Source of the DNA: Sphingobacterium thalpophilum
GTDB lineage: Bacteria > Bacteroidota > Bacteroidia > Sphingobacteriales > Sphingobacteriaceae
Length of the DNA stretch: 64,000 bases
NCBI GenBank assembly: GCA_945875895.1
Contig: CAMCMG010000003.1
Coordinates: 61-64,060, forward strand
Direction of reading: 5' to 3'
Each line of letters opens with the position of its first letter. The first letter of the stretch is position 1. Positions 35,046-43,522 of the stretch are shown here, one piece after another. The position numbers and the translations under genes were made by a program. A model generated the notes under the pieces. The model did no database searches. It saw only the letters and a program-made list of their open reading frames with translations, and was not told where the DNA came from.

Positions 35046-36647
35046 ATGAAAGCTAACTCCTTAAAATATCCTTTAATTATTGGAACTCGGGGTAGCGATT
35101 TAGCGCTTTGGCAAGCTAATTTTGTGAAAAATAGTTTGGCTGAAATAGGTATTGTTGCTGAATTGAAAATTATTAAAACCCAAGGCGATACTATTTTAAA
35201 CTTGCGTTTAGATAAACTAGAAGGAAAAGGTTTTTTTACCAAGGAGTTAGAAGAAGAACTGCTAAACGGGAACATTGATATCGCGGTACATTCTCATAAA
35301 GATTTACCCACCACCCATCCTGCCGGCTTAATCATTGCCGCCGTTTCCGAACGGGAAGATCCTTCAGAATTACTTCTAATATTGAAAGATTGTGTAGATG
35401 TACAGCAAAAGTTATCGGTTAAGTTTGGTGCTACGGTAGGCACTTCTTCTAATCGCCGAAAAGCACAATTACTGGCCTTTCGCCCAGATTTAGAGGTGGA
35501 AGATTTACGTGGTAATGTGCCTACCCGCATACAAAAACTTCGCGATGAAGATTACGATGCCATTATGATTGCCAAAGCAGGCGTCAGCCGTTTGGGTATT
35601 GATTTAAATGAATTTTACGTAGAGGAATTAGATCCTATGGAATTTATTCCGGCACCTGCACAAGGCGTGTTGGCTATCCAGATACGTGAAAATGATACCG
35701 ATTTAGCCGAATTATTAAAACCTTTGCATAATGCTTCGGTAGCCAAAGAAATTGCTGTGGAACGTAAAGTATTGCAACTATTTGAAGGCGGTTGCCACAT
35801 GCCCCTAGGCTGCTATTGCAGAAAAGAGGGTAACATGTACGAAGTGTGGACTTCCAAGGCCAAAGATGGCGATGATTTTCCAGATAGATTGTTTTTATCG
35901 GCAAGCAGCACCAAAGGCCTAGCCGAAGAAATTGTAGCTAAGTTTAATCCGGATCGAAAATTTCCGAGCAATGTGTTTATTAGCAGAATGCTGCCCGAAA
36001 CCAGCTACTTCCGCAAAGCCTTAGAAAAATATCAAATCCAATTAGACGATCGCTCTTTAATTAAAATTTTCCCGATTATTAATAAACTCGATCCATTTAT
36101 TCTAAAACGAGTAGATTGGGTCTTTTTTAGCAGTAAAAATGCAATTGAATGCTTCTTTTCATTATCTCCTCAATTGCCTAAAAAAGTAAAATATGGCGTA
36201 ATTGGCCGTGCCTCCGAAGAAATGTTGCGACGCTACGGCATAGTGCCCGATTTTAATGGTGAAGAAGATGGAATTGATACACAAGATATTGCCAAAGATT
36301 TTGCCAAATTGGCCAACGGCAGCACCTTACTTTTCCCGGGAGCCAAAGATTCGTTGCGCACTATACAGCAAGCGCTAAACAAAGCAACTAAAATTATTGA
36401 TTTACCGGTTTACGAAACCGAAATGGATGAGAATTGCGATCCATCTGCCGCTGAAGTTTTGGTCTTTACAAGCCCCTCAAACGTAGATGCCTACTTTACC
36501 AATAACCTACTTGAGCCAGGCCAGCAAGTTATTTGCATTGGCAAATCTACTGGCAAAAAATTCAATCAAATGAATGTAAACTATACCTTACCCTACTCTC
36601 CAGACGAAATTGGTTTGGCAGAAGCGGTTTTTGGTTTAACTTATTAA
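35046..36647 (+). CDS. hemCD: Fused hydroxymethylbilane synthase / uroporphyrinogen-III synthase
   Basis: The N-terminal ~300 aa (IGTRGSDLALWQA, RGNVPTRIQKL, cofactor Cys in GGCHMPLG) is HemC. The C-terminal ~230 aa has a HemD-like two-lobe pattern. Total length is 533 aa. Confidence 0.82.
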   Translation: MKANSLKYPLIIGTRGSDLALWQANFVKNSLAEIGIVAELKIIKTQGDTILNLRLDKLEGKGFFTKELEEELLNGNIDIAVHSHKDLPTTHPAGLIIAAVSEREDPSELLLILKDCVDVQQKLSVKFGATVGTSSNRRKAQLLAFRPDLEVEDLRGNVPTRIQKLRDEDYDAIMIAKAGVSRLGIDLNEFYVEELDPMEFIPAPAQGVLAIQIRENDTDLAELLKPLHNASVAKEIAVERKVLQLFEGGCHMPLGCYCRKEGNMYEVWTSKAKDGDDFPDRLFLSASSTKGLAEEIVAKFNPDRKFPSNVFISRMLPETSYFRKALEKYQIQLDDRSLIKIFPIINKLDPFILKRVDWVFFSSKNAIECFFSLSPQLPKKVKYGVIGRASEEMLRRYGIVPDFNGEEDGIDTQDIAKDFAKLANGSTLLFPGAKDSLRTIQQALNKATKIIDLPVYETEMDENCDPSAAEVLVFTSPSNVDAYFTNNLLEPGQQVICIGKSTGKKFNQMNVNYTLPYSPDEIGLAEAVFGLTY

Positions 36648-36649
36648 AC

Positions 36650-37618
36650 ATGCTTATACGCCCCAGAAGATTACGCAAAAACCCCATTATACGGGAATTA
36701 GTAGCCGAAACACGCTTATCAAAAGACATGTTTGTGTACCCGTATTTCGTGGTGCCGGGTAAGGGTGTAAAACATCCCATCGATGCCATGCCGGGTATTT
36801 TTCATTTCTCGGTAGACATGTTGGTGAAAGATGTAGCCGAGGGTTTAAAATTTGGGTTAAACAAGGTACTATTATTTGGTGTTGGAGAGAATAAATGTGA
36901 AGATGCCAGCTCAGCCTACCACCACGATTCGTTGGTGGCCCAAGCCGTTCGTGAATTGAAGAAAGCATTTTGCGATGATATTTACGTGATTACCGACGTG
37001 TGTACCTGTGCCTATACTACACATGGGCATTGCGGTATTTTGCAAAATGATTACGTACAAAACGATGAAACCGTAGCCATTTTGGCTAAAATGGCCCTGG
37101 CGCATGCACAAGCCGGCGCCGATATGGTGGCCCCATCGGATATGATGGACGGCCGAGTAGGTGCCATTCGCGATTTGCTGGATGAACACCAATTCGTAAA
37201 TACCGCCATCATGAGCTACAGCATCAAATTTGCATCGGCCTATTATGGTCCTTTCCGCGAAGCAGCCGATTCGGCGCCAAGCAAAGGCGATCGTAAAGCC
37301 TATCAAATGGATTTTCGCAACCCCAATGAAATGATGCGGGAAGCTTTTTTAGACGAAGATGAAGGCGCCGATATTTTAATGGTAAAACCAGCTTTAGCTT
37401 ATTTAGATGTGATTCAAAACTTAAGCCAGCAAACGCAATTGCCGGTGGCTTGCTACAACGTTTCGGGCGAATACAGCATGGTAAAAGCAGCAGCACAAGC
37501 CGGTTGGATTGATGCACAAAAGGTGATTATGGAAAACATGTTTGCTTTTAGCAGAGCCGGTGCAAACATCATTATTACCTATCACGCCCGAGAAATTTTA
37601 GAAAATAACTGGTTATAA
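36650..37618 (+). CDS. hemB: Porphobilinogen synthase (ALA dehydratase), zinc type
   Basis: RPRRLR, the Cys-rich zinc site DVCTCAYTTHGHCG, and the Schiff-base Lys contexts are present. The ATG at 36650 lies 2 nt after the hemCD stop, and the ORF-track start at 36533 overlaps hemCD. Confidence 0.9.
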   Translation: MLIRPRRLRKNPIIRELVAETRLSKDMFVYPYFVVPGKGVKHPIDAMPGIFHFSVDMLVKDVAEGLKFGLNKVLLFGVGENKCEDASSAYHHDSLVAQAVRELKKAFCDDIYVITDVCTCAYTTHGHCGILQNDYVQNDETVAILAKMALAHAQAGADMVAPSDMMDGRVGAIRDLLDEHQFVNTAIMSYSIKFASAYYGPFREAADSAPSKGDRKAYQMDFRNPNEMMREAFLDEDEGADILMVKPALAYLDVIQNLSQQTQLPVACYNVSGEYSMVKAAAQAGWIDAQKVIMENMFAFSRAGANIIITYHAREILENNWL

Positions 37619-37646
37619 GCCCCGTTATATTTAAAAAAAACAAATT

Positions 37647-39020
37647 ATGGCCAATTTTTTATCCAAGTTATTCTCAAAAAAGGAAGAAGTAAGCATACCT
37701 ATTTTTCACGCCGATAAACCGGATATAAACCGAGATCGTTCTGCTGAACTATATGAACAAGCTAAAAAGTATTTCCCGGGAGGAGTAAATAGTCCGGTAA
37801 GAGCATTTAAATCAGTTTACGGTACGCCACTTTTTATTGAGAAAGGCGACGGGTGTCGTCTATGGGACGCCGATGGAAATGAATTCATCGATTTTTGTTG
37901 TTCTTGGGGTCCGCTTATTTTAGGACATAATCATCCTGCTGTTCGCGAAAAAGTAACTGAAGTGATGCAAAAAGGCATGAGCTTTGGTGCGCCTACTGCA
38001 CTAGAAAATGAATTGGCCGAATTAATTCTAAGTCATAATAAATATTTGGAAAAAATTCGTTTCGTAAGTTCAGGTACCGAAGCCGTAATGTCGGCCATTC
38101 GTTTAGCTAGAGGATACACTAAACGAGATAAAATTTTAAAGTTTGAAGGCTGTTATCACGGCCACGTAGATAGTTTATTGGTCAAAGCGGGTTCGGGTTT
38201 GGTTACTTTTGGCGAAACTTCATCGGCCGGTATCCCAAAATCTTTTGCCGACGAAACCATTGTGGTTCCATTAAACGACCAAAAAGCAGTTAAAGAAGCC
38301 TTTAAGCAATTTAAAAATCAACTAGCAGCGGTAATTATTGAGGGCGTTCCGGCAAATAATGGCCTATTAATTCAGGATAAAACCTTTGTACATTTCTTAA
38401 GAGATATTTGCACCAAAAATAAAAGCCTATTAATTTTTGATGAGGTCATAACAGGTTTTCGCATAGGTTTTGAAGGCGCAGCTGGGTATTATGAGGTTCA
38501 GCCCGATATTATAACTTATGGTAAAATAATTGGAGGAGGATTGCCGGTAGGAGCTTATGGTGCTTCAGCGGCCATAATGAGTCATATTTCACCCGATGGT
38601 GCGGTGTACCAAGCTGGTACGCTTTCGGGTAATCCAGTGGCTATGGCGGCGGGTATTGCCCAATTGTCTGAATTGGCTAAGCCGGGTTTTTATAAAGAAT
38701 TAAACGCCAAAACCCAAGAGTTTGTAGAATCTATTCAACGTTATGCCGATACGCATAACTTTGCTTTTAAAGTGTTTACTGTTGGTTCTATTTTCTGGTT
38801 TGCCTTTACTAAAAAAGATATTAAAACAGCGGAGGCCATTGATCCGGCTAGCATGGATAAATTCAAAATCATGCACCGCGAATTGTTAAATCGTGGGATT
38901 TATATGGGCCCATCGGGTTACGAAGTTGGCTTTGTTTCGGCGGCACATACCAAAATTGATTTAGAGAAAGCAAAAAGGGCTATCTTTGAAAGTTTAGACA
39001 TTGTTTTTAGAAAGAAATAA
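37647..39020 (+). CDS. hemL: Glutamate-1-semialdehyde 2,1-aminomutase
   Basis: PGGVNSPVRAF, FVSSGTEA, DEVITGFR and the PLP-Lys context YGKIIGGGLP are present. Confidence 0.9.
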   Translation: MANFLSKLFSKKEEVSIPIFHADKPDINRDRSAELYEQAKKYFPGGVNSPVRAFKSVYGTPLFIEKGDGCRLWDADGNEFIDFCCSWGPLILGHNHPAVREKVTEVMQKGMSFGAPTALENELAELILSHNKYLEKIRFVSSGTEAVMSAIRLARGYTKRDKILKFEGCYHGHVDSLLVKAGSGLVTFGETSSAGIPKSFADETIVVPLNDQKAVKEAFKQFKNQLAAVIIEGVPANNGLLIQDKTFVHFLRDICTKNKSLLIFDEVITGFRIGFEGAAGYYEVQPDIITYGKIIGGGLPVGAYGASAAIMSHISPDGAVYQAGTLSGNPVAMAAGIAQLSELAKPGFYKELNAKTQEFVESIQRYADTHNFAFKVFTVGSIFWFAFTKKDIKTAEAIDPASMDKFKIMHRELLNRGIYMGPSGYEVGFVSAAHTKIDLEKAKRAIFESLDIVFRKK

Positions 39021-39022
39021 GC

Positions 39023-39901
39023 ATGCGTAAAGCGCTCTTACTATTTTATTTAGTTACTTTTTACGTGTTCGCCGAAATGGCGTGGTGGGGTTATTTATTA
39101 ATAAAAGCTGAGCCCAATCGTAAATTGATGGTATTGGGTGAGGGTAGTGTTTTTTTATTTTTAGTGTGTATTGGTATTATACAAATTCACAAAACCCTTA
39201 GCCGTCAAGAGAAGTTAGCTCATCAGCAAAAAAACTTTTTACTATCGGTTACCCATGAGTTGAAATCGCCTTTGGCTTCTATAAAACTTTCGTTACAAAC
39301 CATTTTAAAAAGAGTGTTAACTGCTGAACAACAACAAGCACTTTTGGGCAATTCGTTAAAAGATATTGAACGATTAGACGATTTAGTAGAGAATATGCTG
39401 TTGGCTACGAAGATTGAAAATAGTTCGTATAGTTTTCCGAAAGATAAATTTAACCTATCAGAATTAGTAGAAAAAGTGGTAGAACGCTTACAAGTACATG
39501 CGTGCAATTCACAAACTATTAAGTGTACTGTTAGCCCAAACATATATTTAATTGGCGATGCATTTGCTATGAATTCAGTATTGATTAATTTGATTGAAAA
39601 TGCCGTAAAATATTCACCTGCTTGTGCCGAAGTGCAGGTAAGTTTAGAAAGCACTAATGGGCAAATTTGTATGCGGGTAGCCGATCAGGGCACGGGCATA
39701 CCCGATGCGGAAAAAAACCGTATTTTCGAAAAATTTTACCGTATTGGTAGCGAAGATACCCGCCAAACAAAAGGCACCGGCTTGGGTTTATACATCGTAA
39801 AAAAAGTATTAGAAACACATCAAGCAAGTATAAAGGTGGTAGATAACACCCCAACAGGCACCATATTTGAAATCACCTTTAATCAACAACATGATACCTA
39901 A
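39023..39901 (+). CDS. Small sensor histidine kinase (two TM segments, essentially no periplasmic domain)
   Basis: The H-box is SVTHELKSPLASI, the N-box LINLIENAVKYS, and the G-boxes DQGTGIP and GTGLGLYIV. It starts 2 nt after the hemL stop. Confidence 0.85.
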   Translation: MRKALLLFYLVTFYVFAEMAWWGYLLIKAEPNRKLMVLGEGSVFLFLVCIGIIQIHKTLSRQEKLAHQQKNFLLSVTHELKSPLASIKLSLQTILKRVLTAEQQQALLGNSLKDIERLDDLVENMLLATKIENSSYSFPKDKFNLSELVEKVVERLQVHACNSQTIKCTVSPNIYLIGDAFAMNSVLINLIENAVKYSPACAEVQVSLESTNGQICMRVADQGTGIPDAEKNRIFEKFYRIGSEDTRQTKGTGLGLYIVKKVLETHQASIKVVDNTPTGTIFEITFNQQHDT

Positions 39902-40592
39902 ACAACGTATTTTATTAGTAGAAGACGAGCTTCATTTACTCGATGCCATTAAGCTAAACCTCGAGTTAGAGGGCTATAAAGTAAGTACGGCTACAGATGG
40001 GAAAAAAGCATTAAAGATTTTTAAAGAAGAGCGCTTCAACCTAATTATTTTAGATGTGATGTTACCAGAGATAGATGGCTTTCAGGTGGCCGAAACTATC
40101 CGTTTAGAAAACTCGGAAGTACCTATTATGTTTTTAACAGCCAAAAACACGAGCGAAGATCGAGTGGCTGGACTAAAAAAAGGTGCCGATGATTATTTAA
40201 CCAAACCCTTTAACCTGGAAGAATTGATTTTACGGGTAGGTATTTTGGTTAAACGCAGTCTCAAGGGCGATGACTTGAAAGAATTACAATCCTATCGCAT
40301 TGGCGATAAAACAATTTATTTCAATTCATTTGAGCTGAAACAAGACGATGGAACCATGGTGGCACTTACCAAAAAAGAAACCATGTTGCTTAAATTGCTT
40401 ATCGAACGCAAAAACGAAGCCGTTTCTAGAGAGCAAATTTTAGAAACCGTATGGAATTATGATGTGTATCCATCAACCCGAACCATCGATAATTTTATTC
40501 TAACGTTTCGTAAATATTTCGAACCCGATCAGAAAAACCCAACCTATTTCCATTCTATTAGAGGGGTAGGCTATAAATTTATGGATAGCTAA
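39891..40592 (+). CDS. OmpR/PhoB-family response regulator
   Basis: The ATG at 39891 gives MIPKQRILLVEDE. LIILDVMLPEIDG and LTKPF are present, with a winged-helix C-terminus (LTKKETMLLKLLIERKNEAVSREQILETVW...IRGVGYKF). It overlaps the HK stop by 11 nt. Confidence 0.88.
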   Translation: MIPKQRILLVEDELHLLDAIKLNLELEGYKVSTATDGKKALKIFKEERFNLIILDVMLPEIDGFQVAETIRLENSEVPIMFLTAKNTSEDRVAGLKKGADDYLTKPFNLEELILRVGILVKRSLKGDDLKELQSYRIGDKTIYFNSFELKQDDGTMVALTKKETMLLKLLIERKNEAVSREQILETVWNYDVYPSTRTIDNFILTFRKYFEPDQKNPTYFHSIRGVGYKFMDS

Positions 40593-41110
40593 TGTTTACT
40601 CGTAAAGTTCGCCTAGTTGTTATACTAATGGGCCTGTTGCTTTTAGCATGGACCTTAAACGAAAAAGTGTATCCTATCGCCATTATTCTTGGTTTAGGCA
40701 TAATTTTATTGATTTGGGGTTATTTTACCGAAGGCACTGTAGTAATGGCCGCTAAAGAATTTCATCTAAAAAATTACGATAGAGCCGAAGAATTGCTGCA
40801 AGAAGTACCCGATCCGGAGCGTTTAAACAAACACCGCAGAGGGTTTTATGAATTTATTTATGGCAATATTGAGTTGCACCGCCAAAATTACGAAGAAGCT
40901 GAGCGCCACTTTCAATTGGCTACCCGCTACCCTTTGCGTAATGCCAGCGACAAAGCCTTGGTATGGACTCATCTGGCCAATATAAGTCTGCGTAAAAAAG
41001 AATTTGAACGTGCCCAAGTGTACGTAGAAAAAGCTAAATCACTTAAAATTACCTCCAGAGTAAAATTGATAATAGAAAAAATAGAACAAGAAATCCCCAA
41101 AAAATCGTGA
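40592..41110 (+). CDS. Membrane-anchored TPR-like protein
   Basis: Two N-terminal TM segments are followed by TPR-like helices (NYDRAEELLQ, NYEEAERHFQLA, EFERAQVYVEKA). Its start overlaps the RR stop (TAATG) and its end overlaps the hemE GTG. Confidence 0.6.
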   Translation: MFTRKVRLVVILMGLLLLAWTLNEKVYPIAIILGLGIILLIWGYFTEGTVVMAAKEFHLKNYDRAEELLQEVPDPERLNKHRRGFYEFIYGNIELHRQNYEEAERHFQLATRYPLRNASDKALVWTHLANISLRKKEFERAQVYVEKAKSLKITSRVKLIIEKIEQEIPKKS

Positions 41111-42147
41111 GTATACCAAACCAATTAGATTCGTTATTTATAAAAGCTGCATTTTCTCAAAAAACCGAACGCCCACCCGTTTGGATGATGCGTCAGGCAG
41201 GTCGTTTTATGCCCGAGTATTGGGAAATTAAAAACAAATATTCTTTTTTGGAGATGTGCAAAACACCCGAAATTGCCGCCGATGTAACCATGTTGCCGGT
41301 AGATTTATTGGGTATTGATGCCGCCATTTTATTTTCCGATATTTTGGTTACCGGCGAAGCAATGGGAGGCGATTTAAGTTTTACCCAGGGCATTGGTCCT
41401 AAATTTGCCAATCCGGTTCGTACTGCTGCCGATGTAGATGCGCTAGAAACCGAGGTTGGCGATCGTTTGCAATATGTAGCCGATGCCATTAAAGTGGTGC
41501 AGCAACGTTTAAACGGCAGCATTCCACTCATTGGATTTGCAGGCGCACCCTTTACGGTTATGAGTTATTTGGTAGAAGGTGGTTCTTCTAGAGATTTTAA
41601 ATTAACCAAGCTGATGCTGCACAATCATCCGGAATTGGCGCATAAATTATTGGCAAAAATTGCCAAAGTAACCACCGATTATTTGAACTTGCAAATTGCA
41701 GCTGGCGTTAATGCCGTTCAAATTTTTGATAGCTGGGCACAAGCACTTTCATGGGACGATTACCGCGAATTTTCGCACCAATACATTCAGCAAATTATTG
41801 CAGGCTTACACCGAAAAGACATTCCTGTAATTTCTTTTTGTAAAGGTAGCTCGGTGTTTGCACCACTGATGGCCGAAGCAAAACCCGATGTAGTATCCAT
41901 AGATTGGAATGTTGATTTGAAAGACATCAAACATCGCTTGCCTGCCGGTATGGCCGTACAAGGTAATTTAGATCCACATATTTTATATGCAGATAAATCG
42001 GTTATTAAAGACCGCATTCATCGTTTATTTGAACGTATGCGTGGCGAAGACGGATTTATTTTCAACTTAGGCCATGGGGTTATGCCCGATATTCCGTTCG
42101 ATAACGTGAAATACGCCGTAGAACTCATAAAAGAATTCCGATACTAA
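41107..42147 (+). CDS. hemE: Uroporphyrinogen decarboxylase
   Basis: The motif PPVWMMRQAGR is present, and the 346-aa length is typical. GTG start. Confidence 0.9.
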   Translation: MSIPNQLDSLFIKAAFSQKTERPPVWMMRQAGRFMPEYWEIKNKYSFLEMCKTPEIAADVTMLPVDLLGIDAAILFSDILVTGEAMGGDLSFTQGIGPKFANPVRTAADVDALETEVGDRLQYVADAIKVVQQRLNGSIPLIGFAGAPFTVMSYLVEGGSSRDFKLTKLMLHNHPELAHKLLAKIAKVTTDYLNLQIAAGVNAVQIFDSWAQALSWDDYREFSHQYIQQIIAGLHRKDIPVISFCKGSSVFAPLMAEAKPDVVSIDWNVDLKDIKHRLPAGMAVQGNLDPHILYADKSVIKDRIHRLFERMRGEDGFIFNLGHGVMPDIPFDNVKYAVELIKEFRY

Positions 42148-42687
42148 ATGACATACCTGTATTTTAAAGCCATACACATTATTTTTGTGGTTAGCTGGAT
42201 GGCTGGCTTGTTTTATAGTGTGCGTTTATTTATTTACCATACGGAGGCCAACGAACTACCAGAAACCGAGCGTAATATTTTGCAAAAACAATACGGCATC
42301 ATGGAATCGAGGTTATGGAATATTATTACCACACCAGCCATGGTGCTCTCTGTGTTGGCAGGTCTGGGTATGCTTTACATCAATCCAGCTTTAGTACAAG
42401 TAGGATGGATGCAACTGAAACTAGGCTTTGTAGTGGCCTTATTGCTCTATCATTTTATTTGCCAGCGCATGATTGGGCAATTTAAACAGGGTGTTTTCAG
42501 CTGGTCGTCTACCCAATTGCGTTTATGGAACGAAGTGGCTACCATACTGCTAGTAGCTATTGTATTTGCCGTTATTCTTAGAACTGCCCTCGATTTGGCC
42601 TATGGCCTCATCGGATTGGTAGTATTGGGCGGGAGTATTATGGTCGCGGTAAAAGTCTATAAATACTTTCGGGAGCAATCACGCTAG
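42148..42687 (+). CDS. hemJ: HemJ-type protoporphyrinogen IX oxidase (TIGR00701/CopD-like family)
   Basis: The N-terminus YLYFKAIHIIFVVSWMAGLFYSVRLFIYH and a ~180-aa protein with 4-5 TM segments match the HemJ family as I know it. It starts immediately after hemE. Confidence 0.72.
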   Translation: MTYLYFKAIHIIFVVSWMAGLFYSVRLFIYHTEANELPETERNILQKQYGIMESRLWNIITTPAMVLSVLAGLGMLYINPALVQVGWMQLKLGFVVALLLYHFICQRMIGQFKQGVFSWSSTQLRLWNEVATILLVAIVFAVILRTALDLAYGLIGLVVLGGSIMVAVKVYKYFREQSR

Positions 42688-43328
42688 TCAACAGCTTTTT
42701 CGAATCCACTAATAGTTGTGGCCTCTTTTTGAAATAAATCTACCAATACTAGTTCGTTTACACCTTCTTTTAGCCAAGCTTTGGGGCAATACACACGTTG
42801 CTGCGGTCCAATATTCCAATATCGACCTAAATTGTGACCATTGATGTATACAACACCTTTCTGGTAATTGCTCAGATCAAAGTAGGTGTCGGCTGTGTTG
42901 GTTAAACTAAATGTTCCTTTAAAAAGTATCCCTCCTTTAGACGTATCTACACTTGTATTTTTTTGGCTAGCCTTGGTAATAAACTCGGTATCTAGAGGCA
43001 GCGGATACATGTTCCAATTCATTAGAGTCATACTATTTAGCGTAACACGGTCGGTTATACCTTTTCTATCAATCATATATTGCGCAAAATTAATATGCCC
43101 CATGCCCTCTACTAAAATCTCTAATAGCGGGTTTTCGGTACTAGAACTAGCTTTTGGTAGTTCAATGCTCCATTTCCCGCCATCTCTAGAAACGCTGCCT
43201 ATATATTGGTGGTTTAAAAATACCAGGGCCAAGTCGTGCGGTTCGGTAATGGTTAAACGCCCTTCTTTATGCCCAATAAGTCGGGTTTGATAGAGCATTA
43301 GGCCCTGATTTTGGCCAAGCATTTCCAT
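42684..43328 (-). pseudogene. GH35 beta-galactosidase remnant (C-terminal ~214 aa only)
   Basis: YINGHNLGRYWNIGPQQRVYCPKAWLKEGVNELVLVDLF and MEMLGQNQGLMLYQT align by eye with the C-terminal beta-sandwich domains of GLB1-like GH35 enzymes, which are about 600 aa. The catalytic TIM-barrel part is absent. Upstream sequence to about 43480 shows only frame-broken traces. Confidence 0.6.
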
Positions 43329-43477
43329 GGCTTTTGGTTGTGGGCTGTAAAGGAATGGGAATATATACCAAATACTATTTTAACGATGTGTTTGCTAAAG
43401 GCCAAGGTCCAGCAGAACTTAAAAATATATCTTTTGGCCTAAGCTGGGGTTTCTAAAACTTCATATCCGTCTCATTT

Positions 43478-43512
43478 ACCCACGTCAGGTTTTGTTTGGC
43501 GTGGGTTTTTTT
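43478..43512 (+). terminator. Terminator-like hairpin directly upstream of the ABC ATPase gene
   Basis: ACCCACG-N15-CGTGGGT followed by seven T. It ends 10 nt before the ATG at 43523. Confidence 0.5.
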
Positions 43513-43522
43513 ATCTTTGGCC

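Noticed and set aside
36533-36649. N-terminal extension of the hemB ORF that overlaps hemCD
   Set aside because: The conserved HemB N-terminus (MLIRPRRLRKNP) starts at the ATG at 36650, 2 nt after the hemCD stop. The extension is read-through of the hemCD 3' end in another frame.
43329-43477. Possible riboswitch aptamer upstream of the terminator-like hairpin and the ABC ATPase
   Set aside because: I could not match any riboswitch core I know (TPP, SAM, cobalamin, Moco, FMN, glycine). The segment is better explained as frame-broken remains of the GH35 gene on the opposite strand. An Rfam scan would settle it.
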